The notes under the pieces: model-generated
What the model was told of the DNA's origin: nothing
The model's database searches: none
The model's input: the letters and a program-made list of their open reading frames with translations, nothing else
Assembly (NCBI GenBank): GCA_029953675.1
Contig: JAMWBK010000006.1
Span: forward strand, 1,240,001-1,304,000
Source: Rhodosorus marinus CCMP1338
Lineage: Eukaryota; Plantae; Rhodophyta
Direction: 5' to 3'
Length of the DNA stretch: 64,000 bases
In this document: one piece after another, positions 48,160 through 61,490 of the stretch
Position numbering within the stretch: the first letter of the stretch is position 1
How the letters are laid out: each line of letters starts with the position of its first letter
Program-made: the position numbers and the translations under genes

Positions 48160-48416
48160 AGAATACAGACGTTGTACTCCAAATGTCCCGCCAGAGCCAT
48201 GATGAAGGAGGTCTTTCCATAACCAGGTGGCCCATGGAGCAAGTACCCACGCCGGAATGGAATACCCCTATCGACATAGCATTTTGCGCTTGATGAAAAC
48301 TCCGTGACGTCGTCGACGAGCTTCTGGGCAGTGGTTCCAGCCAACATTACAGAATTCAGAGGCCGCCTCCTCCGCGGATTCCCAAATACTTTCCACTCCG
48401 TCATCAGGGCGGTGTT
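48160..48416 (-). pseudogene. BCS1: Truncated BCS1-like mitochondrial AAA ATPase fragment
   Basis: [63 protein letters not shown]. No N-terminus, and Walker B and the second region of homology are not seen. Fused upstream to a CRE fragment. Confidence 0.85.
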
Positions 48417-49584
48417 CCCCTAGGCTAGAGAGGTCTGCGCCCACCAGTGTGCTCAAACGTCCCTCGCACGCTGATCGATGATCCGTTTATTCAGAGGCTA
48501 AGTACCCTGAGAAGCGAGAGACAAGACGCTGATGACGCGCGTACACAAACAGAGCAGAATTGGAGCGCCACAGGGTTAAAGAAAGCTCCGTGAGCAGACT
48601 ATCTACACGCCCTGGGTCGTTGCGAAACAGAGCTCGCAGCCAGCGAGAACCTTCACTGTCTATCAAGCCAAAGCCCTCAATGATGAGGGGAACGAACCGG
48701 TATGTCACCGCCGAATCGCAAAAGGTAGGGTTTGACATCGCTGCCGCGTACTGCGAAACTTTCACTTCCGCGTGGACCGAGCTGCAGCTCCTCGACGCCG
48801 AGCCACACGCTGATCAGCGCGAAGGGCTTCTAGCTTCACTTCCGCATGGACCGAGCTGCAGCTCCTCGACGCCGAGCCACACGCTGATCAGCGCGAAGGG
48901 CTAGCCAAGCCCCCCGCGTCGAAGGGAGCTGCCGCAGAAAATAGTTCAGGCGTTGACACGCACTGAACCTGAAGGCTCTGATAAACTGATGAACTCGCAG
49001 TGCCCACAGGGACACCGAATAGAATGAAGCCCTCGGGACGCCAAATGTCCGGGAACAGAGAGGGAACGGTACAAAATCTAGGACGCCACCTCGCCCAGAA
49101 GGGAGTACGCCTGCATCAGGAGTCCCGAGAAGGGTCACATCGTCATGGAAGGCGACGACGCGGACCCGCGGGAACTGATGCTGCACGCGCAACAGCGCCA
49201 ACTGCAATCCACATGCGTGCAGAAGAGCGCATGTGGATTGCAGTTGGCCCTTAGGGCCTTAGGGCAAAAAGGAAGACCCCTGCTGAACACCCGTCTGTGA
49301 CACAAAGCTCTGGCTGTTTACACCCAAGGTGACAAGGCGAGGGCAAGTTGGCCCCTCCCCGTAGACCCGGCGCACGAAACGGAAACCCGATGGGAAGAGC
49401 TGACGAACAACCTCGAGCGCGTGAACACGCGACACGCTGTTAAAGGCGTTCCCAAAATCAACCGAAAGTGTCCGAAAGGCTCCTCCCCGAGGCTGTCCAA
49501 CTGCATGATGCGAGTCACCAGTTCACAGCCGCCCGAATAGCCCACACGCACCTGGGTCAGGCCGAAAAATCCCCGCGCCTCATT

Positions 49585-51530
49585 GATGATCCGTTTATTC
49601 AGAGGCCAACTACGATCCGATTGTTCAGACGCTAACTACCCTGAAAAGCGAGAGACAAGACGCTGATGACGCGCATCCACAAACAAAGCAGAATTTCAGC
49701 GCCACAGGGTCAAAGAAAGCTCCGTGACCAGACTATCTAAACGCCCTGGGTCGTTGCGAAACAGAGCTCGCAGCCAGCGAGAACCTACACGATAGATATA
49801 TCAAGCCAAAGCGCTCAATAATGAGGGGGACGAACCGGTATGTCACCGTCGAATCGCGAAAGGTAGGGTTTGACATCGCTGCCGCGTACTGCGAATCTTT
49901 CACTTGCCGCATGGACCGAGCTGCAGCTCCTCGACGCCGAGCCGACGCAGGCAGGTACCTGGTCACCTGAGGACAAGGGATGGAGAGGTCAATGTACGCA
50001 CTACAACGCGCATCGAGGTCAGTCACAACGAGATCCGCCACCCGCTGTACCGCTGGGGCGTCACTCTCATCAGCGATTTCCGATGCCACCGCGAGAGCGA
50101 CCTCATACTCCACTTCTCGGTCCGTACCGAGCGATTGAGAACGAAGGTAGCGGAAAAGCAAGCGGTTGAGCCGCGTATGGCGTCTGGTCCGGGCCCCTTG
50201 AACCTCCGCACAAGACGCCAACACATGGGCACCATAATCACCCCACGGCACATTGGCCCCGCACAATGCGCGTCTAGAAAATCCCGCTCAACAGGCCAAG
50301 GGGGTTGCGGCAAACCCAGGTAAAGTCGTAAGCTTACACAAAGTTCGATATCGTTAATTGCCAACCGCGGATACGCAGGTATGACCGGGAAGAAACGGGA
50401 GCTGAGACTCCCCCCCAAACCGCGCAGGCGAGCCAAAGTCGACGCCGAGCACGAAGGTAAACTCAGAAGGGTGGCATACGAGTCCCGATGTATGTCCCAC
50501 GAAAGGGTTTTGTGGATTACATCGGTCCTCGAAGGGGCCGGACCGGACTGGGAAACGCCCTGCTCAGGCGGTCTCGACGGCACAGCCACGGCGTCAATAT
50601 CCTCGGCAGTTTCTACACCATTTCCAACAGACGGTGCTGCAGCAGAGACTCCCGAACGCTGGCCACCGAGGGAGTCAAGAACTGCCGCCCAGGAATCGCA
50701 CCGAGCCTGGGTACCACTCGGCAGGGCGTTACATTGTTGAAAAGCGGCCTCCAGTTCCGAAAAACCCCCCCCGAGCCGTGGGGCGAGAGTCCCGTCCAGC
50801 CGCCCAACCCGAAGTCCACTCAACAAACCACTCACATGCGGATCACACTCCGCAGACCATGTACTAAGCGCAGTGGCCCACGAACTCACCACAGCCGCCG
50901 GCTGGATCGACGCATAAGATCCCACAGCCAGCCCGCCCAACCGCACGGGCAACGCGATCTGCCGGTGAAGGACGTCCTTTTCTGCATCCCCCAAAACAGA
51001 TAGCTCAGCATCCATCAGCGTGCCGAGCACGTCCCTCGCTCGTCGGTCTGCGCGGAGCGCCAGCCAAGACCCCCACTCGGAGGGTAGCTGCCGCAAAAAG
51101 TACGTCAGCCTCTGGCACGCGCTGAACCGGAAGATGAGCAGAGCGGTCTGGAGGTACCCTTCTGGGAGAGTGCACGGCTCAGACAGGAGCTCAGCATGAT
51201 GACTCAGGAGCGCGGAGAGGCTGCGTTCAACAAATATCGGAGTGCCTAGGGGACACCGAACAGAAGGAAGCCCTCAGCTCGCCAAATATCTCGGAACCTG
51301 GATGGAACCGCGTCCGCGGTGCAGCGAGACCCCCCGCAGAAGTCGCACTTGGCATGGTTGATACGCAGCCCCCACCAAGGAAGCCACCTCGCCGAGAAAA
51401 TCGTAGGCCGGCACCAGATCGTCGGGAGTGCCAAGAAGCGTCACATCGTCATGGAAGGCGACCTCACGGACTCGCGGGACCTGATGTTTCAGCCGCAACA
51501 GCAGCAATCCACAGGCGTGCAGGAACAGCT
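49585..51530 (-). mobile_element. 5'-truncated CRE-like copy (RT C-terminus to 3' tail)
   Basis: ORFs 50023-51096 and 49733-50266; two stacked tails at about 49585-49640. Confidence 0.9.
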
Positions 51531-51544
51531 CTATGCATCCCTCC

Positions 51545-54500
51545 CGTAGACGCTTCCTCCGTCGTGAGCGAGCAGGATGTCTGAGTCTTTTAGGGAACAT
51601 TGCGAGCTTCCTGCTTTCTTTCCGAGCCCAGGGAGGACTGGCGCTCCCGCCTTTTCTCTTGCTTGGTTCGAAGGTTTTGTTGGGCGCTTTCCTCCTGGGG
51701 ATATCCCTCTTTGCCCTCGTTTGCCCCCAGTCTCTCTCCCTCATCGTTTGCGCAGGAGGGTTTCTTTTCTTTTGGATTTCCTGCTTATGGAGGTGGCCGA
51801 CCACCCTCAAGCAGCACTTGCTTGGAAGCTTTTGCTTGTTTTTCCTCGGCTAGTGCTCACGGTCTCCCAGGGGCACGATGCATGTCCAATTAGACGCAAA
51901 GTTCAGTCTTTTCTGGCGGGGGACTTTGCTTTCTTAGAATCTTTATACCTCGCTAGTGCCTCTTCTTCCTCTTCGTGGGGGACTTCACCTTTTTCTCGTT
52001 CCCGTAGGCAGGTACGGGCAAAGGTAGCAGTGGCACAGGGGGATATTCGGCGTGGGGCGGCCATCCTCCAGCAAGGCGCTTCAGTCGAGCCGTATCGCAC
52101 CGACCTGGCTGATCCAGTCACCGCGTTGTTCCCTGCGTGCGACGTGAGTTGGAACTCTGAGTTCCAGCGTGTCTTAGATGAATGCTTCGTAAAAATAGTA
52201 TGCTCAAAGTTGTTCAGCAATAACAAATTGTGTGGATAAGGGGGGGGTGAGTTTGGAGTGCTTCAGGTCGAACTCAAAACCTGACATCTCCTCTTCTGGG
52301 ATTCGTCATGGTAAGGCGTCATCCACAAAAATTTTCTTTCAGGCGATGAACTCCGGGAGCATATGCCCGTTGCGCTGGTCTTTTTGTCGATTCCTCACGC
52401 GGTAGGGGTCGGTTGCTTGTCCGGCCGGATGAGGTTCTGGCTCTGCTTAGGTCCGCCCCGAAAGGTCGTGCACTTGGTCCCTCAGGACTCCGGGTCGAAC
52501 TTTTTCACTGGTTGGGTGAAGAACGGCTGGACGCCCTTGCGCGGGTACTGGAGGGTCTTGTCAATGGGGACGATTTTTTCGTAGAGGCCTGGGCACTATT
52601 CTCGCGCTTCCAGCTGGTGGTCCTCTTGCCCAAGCCTGGACATTCAGACCAGACACCTTCGCTTCGGCCAATCGGGATGTGCGAAGCATTGCGGAAGCTG
52701 GCGAGCCGCTTTCTATCGCGTCAGCTCATTAGGGAGGCCAGGGGTTTTTCTTAGGTTGACCCATGTCGGTGTCGGCTATTCAGGTGGCTGTGAACTGGTG
52801 ACGCGTATACCTGCAGCTGGACGGTCTCCGCGATGAGCCCTTGGGCACGCTTTCTGTGGATTTCGCCAACGCGTTTAACAGTGTGTCTCGAGCACGCGCT
52901 TGAGGAAGTTCGTCAGCTTTTCCCCTCTGGCTTCCCGTTCTTACGCCGCGTATATGGTGAAGCGCCGAACGGGCCCCGATTTGTCACCTTGGGTGCCGAG
53001 AGCCACACCTTTGCGGCTCATACGGGTGTGCAGCAGGGCGATCCCTTAGGGCCGTTCCTGCACGCCCGTGGATTGCAACTGGTGCTGTTGCGGCTGAAAC
53101 ATCATCAGTTCCCGCGGGTCCGTGCGGTCGCCTTCCATGACGATGTGACGCTTCTTAGCACTCCCGACGATCTGGTGGGGGTCTACGATTTTCTCGGCGA
53201 GGTGGCTTCCTTGGTGGGGCTGCGTATCAACCACGCCAAGTGCGACTTCTGGGGGGGGGTCTCACTGCACCTTGGACGCGGTTCCATCCAGGTTCCGAGA
53301 TATTTGGCGAGCTGAGGGCTTCCTTCTGTTCGGTGTCCCCGTAGGCACTCCGATATTTGTTGAACGCAGCCTCTCCGCGCTCCTGAGTCATCATGATAAG
53401 CTCCTGACTGAGCTGTGCAGTCTTCCAGAAGGGTACCTCCAGATCGCTCTGCTCATCTTCCGGTTCAGCGCGTGCCATAGGCTGACCTACTTTTTGCGGC
53501 AGCTACCCTCCGAGTGCGGGTCTTGGCTGGCGCTCCGCGCAGACCGACGAGCGAGGGACGTGCTAGGCACGCTGGTGGATGCTGAGCTATCTGTTTTGGG
53601 GGATGCAGAAAAGGACGTCCTTCACCGGCAGATCGCGTTGCCCGTGCGGCTGGGCGGGCTGGGTGTGGGATCTTACGCGGGGATCTAGCCTGCGGCTGTG
53701 GTGAGTTCGTCGGCCAATGCGCTTAATACACGGTCTACGGAGTGTGATCCGCATGTGAGTGGTTTGTTGAGTGGATTTCGGGTTGGGCGCCTGGACGGGA
53801 CTCTCGCTCCACGGCTCGGGAGGGTTTTTGCGGAACTGGTGACCGTTTTTCAACAATGTAACGCCCTGCCGAGTGGTACCCAGGCTCATTGCGATTCCTG
53901 AGCGGCAGTTATTGACTCCCTCGGTGGCCAGCGCTCGGGAGTCTCTGCTACAGCACCGTGTGTTGGAAATGGTGTAGAAACTGCCGAGGATATTGACGCC
54001 GTGGCTGTGTCGTCGAGACCGCCAGAGCAGGGCGTTTCCCGGTCGGGTCCGGCCCCTTCGAGGACCGATGTAATCCAAAAAACCCTTTCGTGGGACATAC
54101 ATCGGGACTCGTATGCCACCCTTTTGAGTTTACCTTCGTGCTCGGCGTCGACTTTGGCTCGCCTGCGCGGTTTGGGGGTTAGTCACAGCTCCCGTTTCTT
54201 CACGGTCATACCTGCGTATCCGCGGTTGGCGCTTACCGATCTCGAACTTCGTGTAAGCTTACGACTTTACCTGGGCTTGCCGCAACCCCCCTGGCCTGTT
54301 GAGCGGGATTCTAGATGCGTATTGTGCGGGGCCAATGTACCGTGGGGTGATTATGGTGCGCATCTGTTGGCGTCTTGTGCGGAGGTTCAAGGGGCCCGGA
54401 CCAGACTCCATACGCGGCTCAACCGCTTGCTGTTCCGCTACGTTCGTTCTCAATCGCTCGATACGGACCGAGAAGAGGAGTATGAGGTCGCTTTGGCGGT

Positions 54501-54972
54501 GGCATCGGAGGTGGCTGATGAGAGTGACGCCCAGCGGTACAGCGGGTGGCGGATCTCGTTGTGACTGACCTCAATGCGCGTCGCAGTGAGTACATTGACC
54601 TCTCCATCCCTTGTCCTCAGGTGACCAGGTACCTGCCTGCGTCGGCTCGGCGTCGAGGAGCTGCAGCCCGGTCCATGCGGCAAGTGAAAAATTCGCAGTA
54701 CGCGGCAGCGATGTCAAACCCTACCTTTCGCGATTCGGCGGTGACATACCGGTTCGTCCCACTCATTATTGAGTGCGTTGGCTTGATAGATAGTGTAGGT
54801 TCTCGCTGGCTGCGAGCTCTGTTTCGCAACGACCCAGGGCGTTTAGATAGTCTGGTCACGGAGCTTTCTTTGACACTGTGGCGCTCCAATTCTGATTTGT
54901 TTTTTGAAGCGCGTCATCAGTGTCTTGTCTCTCGCTTCTCAGGGTAGTTAGCCTCTGAATAAACGGATCATC
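51545..54972 (+). mobile_element. Long CRE-like copy (pre-RT region to tail), frameshifted, with a foreign insert at about 52180-52379
   Basis: Colinear pre-RT, RT and RLE fragments ending VSRFSG*, followed by the 27-nt tail at 54946-54972. Confidence 0.9.
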
Positions 54973-54974
54973 AA

Positions 54975-55835
54975 CAGCCCTAAGGGATCGCCCTGCTGCA
55001 CACCCGTATGAGCCGCAAAGGTGTGGCTCTCGGCACCCAAGGTGACAAATCGGGGCCCGTTCGGCGCTTCACCATACGCGGCGTAAGAACGGGAAGCCAG
55101 AGGGGAAAAGCTGACGAGCTACCTCAAGCGCGTGTGCTCGAGGCACACTGTTAAACGCGTTGGCGAAATCCACAGAAAGCGTGCCCAAGGGCTCATCGCG
55201 GAGACCGTCCAGCTGCAGGTATACGCGTCACCAGTTCACAGCCACCTGAATAGCCGACACCGACATGGGTCAACCTAAGAAAAACCCCTGGCCTCCCTAA
55301 TGAGCTGACGCGATAGAAAGCGGCTCGCCAGCTTCCGCAATGCTTCGCACATCCCGATTGGCCGAAGCGAAGGTGTCTGGTCTGAATGTCCAGGCTTGGG
55401 CAAGAGGACCACCAGCTGGAAGCGCGAGAATAGTGCCCAGGCCTCTACGAAAAAATCGTCCCCATTGACAAGACCCTCCAGTACCCGCGCAAGGGCGTCC
55501 AGCCGTTCTTCACCCAACCAGTGAAAAAGTTCGACCCGGAGTCCTGAGGGACCAAGTGCACGACCTTTCGGGGCGGACCTAAGCAGAGCCAGAACCTCAT
55601 CCGGCCGGACAAGCAACCGACCCCTACCGCGTGAGGAATCGACAAAAGGATCTAAGACATGCTGGAACTCAGAGTTCCAACTCACGTCGCGCGCAGGGAA
55701 CAACGCGGTGACTGGATCAGCCAGGTCAGTGCGATACGGCTCGACTGAAGCGCCTTGCTGGAGGATGGCCGCCCAAGCCGAATATCCCCCTGTGCCACTG
55801 CTGCCTTTGCCCGTACCTGCCTACGGGAACGAGAA
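54975..55835 (-). mobile_element. Inverted duplicate of the 5' RT part of the 51545-54972 copy
   Basis: Shares the ttttcttaggttgacccatg and gtatacctgcagc variants with that copy but lacks the 52180-52379 insert. Confidence 0.85.
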
Positions 55836-58800
55836 GAGGGTAGTTAGCCTCTGAATAAACGGATCATCAAAAACGGGAAGAAGGTGAAGTCCCGCACGAA
55901 GAGGAAGTCATGGCCCGGACCAGACGCCAGACGCGGCTCAACCGCTTGCTGTTCCGCTACCTTCATTCTCAATCGCTCGGTACGGACCGAGAAGTGGAGT
56001 ATGAGGTCGCCCTGGCGGTGGCATCGGAGGTGGCTGATGAGAGTGACGCCCAGCGGTACAGCGGGTGGCGGATCTCGTTGTGACTGACCTCAATGCGCGT
56101 CGCAGTGAGTACATTGACCTCTCCATCCCTTGTCCTCAGGCGACCAGGTACCTGCCTGCGTCGGCTCGGCGTCGAGGAGCTGCAGCTCGGTCCATGCGGC
56201 AAGTGAAAGATTCGCAGTACGCGGCAGCGATGTCAAACCCTACCTTTCGCGATTCGGCAGTGACATACCGGTTCGTCCCCCTCATTATTGAGTGCTTTGG
56301 CTTGATAGACAGTGTAGGCTCTCGCTGGCTGCGAGCTCTGTTTCGCAACGACCCAGGGCGTTTAGATAGTCTGGTCACGGAGCTTTCTTTGACCCTGTGG
56401 CGCTCCAATTCTGCTTTGTTCGTGGACGCGCGTCATCAGCGTCTTGTCTCTCGCTTCTCAGGGTAGTTAGCCTCTGATCAAACGGTATGACCGTGAAAAA
56501 AAAAAAAAGAGGAAGAAGAGACACTAGCGAGGTATAAAGATTCTAAGAAAGCAAAGTCCCCCGCCAGAAAAGACTGAACTTTGCGTCTAATTGGACATGC
56601 CTCGCGCCCCTGGGAGACCGTGAGCACTAGCCGAGGAAAAACAAACAAAAGCTTCCAAGCAAGTGCTGCTTGAGGATGGTCGCCCACCAACCTCCATAAG
56701 CAGGAAATCCAAAAGATGCGCACCATAATCACCCCACGGCACATTTGGCCCGCACAACGCGCATCTGAATCCCGCTCAACAGGCCAAGGGGGTTGTGGCA
56801 AGCCCAGGTAAAGTCGTAAGCTTACACGAAGTTCGAGATCGGTAAGCGCCAACCGCGGATACGCAGGTATGACTGTGAAGAAACGGGAGCTGAGACTCCT
56901 CTCATTAGTGAGCTTGCGAGACAGAAAACGGCTCGCCAACCTGCGCAGGGTCTCGCACATCCCGATGGGCCGTAGGGATGGCGTCTGGCACGAATGCCCA
57001 GGCTTAGGCAGTAGCACCAGGTGCGACCGCGACAGTAGGGCCCATGCATCGTCGCAAAAATCGTCCCCATTTACAAGACCCTCCACCACTCGCGCAAGGG
57101 CGTCGAGGCCCTCCTCGCCCAACCAGTGCAAAAGCTCAACCCGGAGACGTGAGGGACCCGGCATGACCCTTCGGGGCGGACCCAAGAAGAGCCAAAACCT
57201 CTTCAGGCCGAACCAGCAACCTGCCCGTGTCAGTCGTGGAGGCGACATAAGGATCTAAGACGCGATTCGGCCTTGTCCTATCGGTTTGTTCCTCTCATCA
57301 TCGAGTGCTTTGGTTTAGTTGATTGTGTCGGCTCTCGCTGGCTTCGTGGGCTCTTTCGTCACAGCCCAAGTCGTCTTGCTAGCCTCCTCACGATGAACGG
57401 ATCATCATCGAGCTGTCCTTGACCTTATGGCGTTCCAACGCGGCTTTATTGTTCGACGCGCGTCATCAGCGTCTTGTTTCTTGCTTCTCAGGTAGTTAGG
57501 CTCTGATAAACTGATGATGATGAGGATCTAAGACACGCTGGAACGTAGGGTTCCAACTCGCGTCGTGCGCAGGAAACAACGCGGCAACTGTGTCAGCCAA
57601 GTCAGCTCAATAACGCTCGGCTGAAACGCGTTGCTGGAGAATGGCCGCCCCCCGCCGAATATCCCCCTGTGCCACTGCTGCTTTTGCCCTAGCCTGTCGA
57701 CGAGAACGAGAAGGAGGCGAAGTCGAACACAAAGAGAAAGTAGACACACTAGCAAGGTAGAAAGATTCCAGGAAAGCAAAGTCCCCTGCGAGAAAAGACT
57801 GGACTTTACGTCTAATGGGACAGGCATGGCGCCCCTGGGAGACAGTGAGCACTAGCCGAGGAAAAAGAAACAGGAGTTGCCAGGCAAGTGCATCCTGAGG
57901 GTGGTCGGCCACCTCCATCAGTAAAAAGTCCAAGAGAAATGACACCCGCCGGCGCAGCCGATGAGGAAGGCAAGCCGGAGGAGATTGAGAGCAAAGGGGG
58001 ATTTCCCCAGAGGGAAAACCAGCAACAAACCCCGAGAACCAAGAGAAAAGGCGAGAACGCCAGGCCTCGGAGCTACCGGAGCTGGGAAAAAAATCAGGGA
58101 GCTCGCAGTGATCCCGGAAGGACTCAGGCATCCTGCTCTTTCACCTCTGAGGAAGCGTCGACTGGATGTGAATCCGTAGGGGGAGCTGGGGAAGGCGCCC
58201 CTGCCACATGCGTCAAATGAGGACGCTTGGGCGGAGGACCACGCAAAGAAGTCAAGGAGGCGTAAACGTCCGCCAGAACCGCGGAAACCCGACCCCGAAC
58301 GCCAAATGGCGAGGGGGTACTAGGCTCGAGGGCGAGCGGATCCACCTCCGAATCCCCGCGAGCAAAATCCATGGCAGAAGGCTCAACCACAGCCAGAGGC
58401 TCTACGCACGCAGAGAGACGCCTCACTGGGAACACCTCAGCAAAATCAGGATGGGTCTCCAAAAGCGGAGTTTCAGAGACAAGGAAATCGTGGACAGCGG
58501 AGTGGAGAATGCCCCGAGTTGGAAGCCGGTCGCGCCGCTACCCGCCCGGTGCGGCCTTCGTCCTCCCAAGTGCTCCTTCGTGGGTCCGTTGAGGCCCGCG
58601 CGGGGGCCCTGGTAAGTACATTCCCTGCTGAGCCTGCCGTTGACTCTGTTCAACGGACCATATCTCCTCTCCGCTGGGTCTTGATGGCCAACGTGCGGCC
58701 CCAGCGCTCCTCGCGCTCCGGGGCCCGCATTCCTGTTCGCGATTTTCGTGACACGATGGCCTCGTGTCTCGGCGCGTCGCCCCGCGATTTTCTCTACGTT

Positions 58801-59299
58801 GATTTTTCGGGAAACCATGCTTCTTGGTGACAGATCCGTTTATTCAGAGGCTAACTACTCTGAGAAGCGAGAGACAAGACGCTGATGACGCGCGGTCCAC
58901 AAACAAAGCAGAATTGGAGCGCCACAGGGTCAAAGAAAGCTCCGTGAGCAGACTATCTAAACGCCCTGGGTCGTTGCGAAACAGAGCTCGCAGCCAGCGA
59001 GAACCTGCACTATCTATCAAGCCAAAGCACTCAATAATGAGAGGGACGAACCGGTATGTCACCGCCGAATCGCGAAAGGTAAGGTTTGACATCGCTGCCG
59101 CGTACTGCGAATCTTTTGGTCGCCTGAGGACAAGGGATGGAGAGGTCAATGTACTCACTGCGACGCGCATTGAGGTCAGTCACAACGAGATCCGCCACCC
59201 GCTGTACCGCTGGGGCGTCACTCTCATCAGCAATTTCCGATGCCACTGCCAGATACTGCGCACCAAATCCTATCTACTTTGTTGAAAACGTCTAATGCG

Positions 59300-61490
59300 C
59301 AGAGACCTGTTTTAGCGAATAAGGTTTTGACACGCGCGCTGGTGTTTCTTTAATGCTTGATTTTGATCGTTTGTCTGCGGAATCCCTCGCCCCTTCGGAT
59401 CTCCTTGGCGCTCGCGCAGAGGACATTCTGAGCTTGGCGGTTTCGGCCCATTTTGAACGGCTTTCAAGGGTTCAGAAAAACCTGCTAGATCGGCTCCCAA
59501 ATAGGGGTTTCCTCCTTGCTGCGGTCCAAGATTTCCTTGCCTCGGAAACTTCGCTTTTGGAGAATCATCCTGACTTTGCTCAGGTGTTTCCCGCTGGGCG
59601 TCTTTCTGTGGGTGCGGAGCCTTGTGACGACGTGGGGCAACTACCCTCTATGGATGTAAATGTCGATCCAGAGGTGTACCCGTTCGCCATTGAGCCGAGC
59701 ACCCCTTCGCCCTTTTGCGTTCGGGGGAGGGTCTCCGGCTCCTTAGGGGCTATCTATGCATCCCTCTCCTCTTTGCGTGCCCCTCCGCTCAAGCGCCCCT
59801 TCTTGGCGCCAGTTGCGGGAGGAAATTCTTCTGATTCCGTTGCGGAAATGAGAGCAAAGAATAGAAACCCCCTGGGTCACCCCAAAGCTTCAACCGGGGA
59901 ATATTAGAACCTTATCAATCTGCCTTTAGCTCCTGTAGACACTTCCTCCGTGGTGAGGGAGCATGATGTCTGAGTGTTTTAGGGAACATTGCGAGCTTCC
60001 TGCTTTCTTTCCGAGCCCAGGTAGCTTTGAGGACTGGCGTTCTCGCCTTTTCTCTTGGTTCGAAGGTTTTGTTGGGCGTTTTCCTTCTGGGGATATCCCT
60101 CTTTACCCTCGTTCGCCCCCAGTCTCTCTCCCTCATCGTTTGCGCAGGAGGGTTTCTTTCTTTTGGATTTCCTGCTTATGGAGGTGGCCGACCATCCTCA
60201 AGCAGCACTTGCTTGGAAGCTTCTGTTTGTTTTTCCTCGGCTAGTGCTCACGGTCTCCCAGGGGCGCGATGCATGTCCAATTAGACGCAAAGTTCAGTCT
60301 TTTCTGGCGGGGGACTTTGCTTTCTTAGAATCTTTACACCTCGCTAGTGTCTCTTCTTCCTCTTCGTGGGGGAGTTCACCTTCTTCTCGTTCCCGTAGGC
60401 AGGTACCGGCAAAGGCAGCAGTGGCACAGGGGGATATTCGGCGTGGGGCGGCCATCCTCCAGCAAGGCGCTTCAGTCGAGCCGTATCGGACTGACTTGGC
60501 TGATCCAGTCGCCGCGTTGTTCCCTGCGCGCGACGTGAGTTGGAACTCTGAGTTCCAGCGTGTCTTAGATCTTTTTGTCGATTCCTCACGCGGTAGGGGT
60601 CCAAAAAACCCTTTCGTGGGACATACATCGGGACTCGTATGCCACCCTTCTGAGTTTACCTTCGTGCTCGGCGTCGACTTTGGCTCGCCTGCGCGGGGAG
60701 TCTCAGCTCCCGTTTCTTCATGGTCATAATTGCGTATCCGCGGTTGGCGCTTACCGATCTCGAACTTCGCGTAAGCTTACGACTTTACCTGGGCTTGCCG
60801 CAACCCCCTTGGCCTGTTGAGCGGGATTCTAGACGCGCATTGTGCGGGGCCAATGTACCGTGGGGTGATTATGGTGCGCATCTGTTGGCGTCTTGTGCGG
60901 AGGTTCAAGGGGCCCGGACCAGACGCCATACGCGGCTCAACCGCTTGCTTTTCCGCTACCTTCGTTCTCAATCGCTCGGTACGGACCGAGAAGTGGAGTA
61001 CGAGGTCCCTCTGGCGGTGGCATCGGAAATTGCTGATGAGGTGACGCCCCAGCGGTACAGCGGGTGGCGGATCTCGTTGTGACTGACCTCAATGCGCATC
61101 GCAGTGAGTACATTGACCTCTCCATCCCTTGTCCTCAGGCGACCAGGTACCTGCCTGCGTCGGCTCGGCGTCGAGAAGCTGCAGCCCGGTCCATGCGGCA
61201 AGTGAAAAATTCGCAGTACGCGGCAGCGATGTCAAACCCTACCTTTCGCGATTCGGCGGTGACATACCGGTTCGTCCCACTCATTATTGAATGCTTTGGC
61301 TTGATAGATAGTGTAGGTTCTCGCTGGCTGCGAGCTCTGTTTCGCAACGACCCAGGGCGTTTAGATAGTCTGGTCACGGAGCTTTCTTTGACACTGTGGC
61401 GCTCCAATTCTGCTTTGTTTGTGGACGCGCGTCATCAGCGTCTTGTCTCTCGCTTCTCAGGGTAGTTAGCCTCTGAATAAACGGATCATC
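59300..61490 (+). mobile_element. CRE-like copy with its N-terminal region, internally deleted (RT missing), ending in the 27-nt tail
   Basis: N-terminal ORF pieces 59353-59907 and 60055-60600 are fused directly to post-RT sequence at about 60600; tail at 61464-61490. Confidence 0.85.

Noticed and set aside
54935-54955. Element tail (reverse complement CTAACTACCCTGAGAAG) resembling the vertebrate telomerase RNA template
   Set aside because: It overlaps the ORF's last codons and is not a 1.5x repeat template; probably coincidence.
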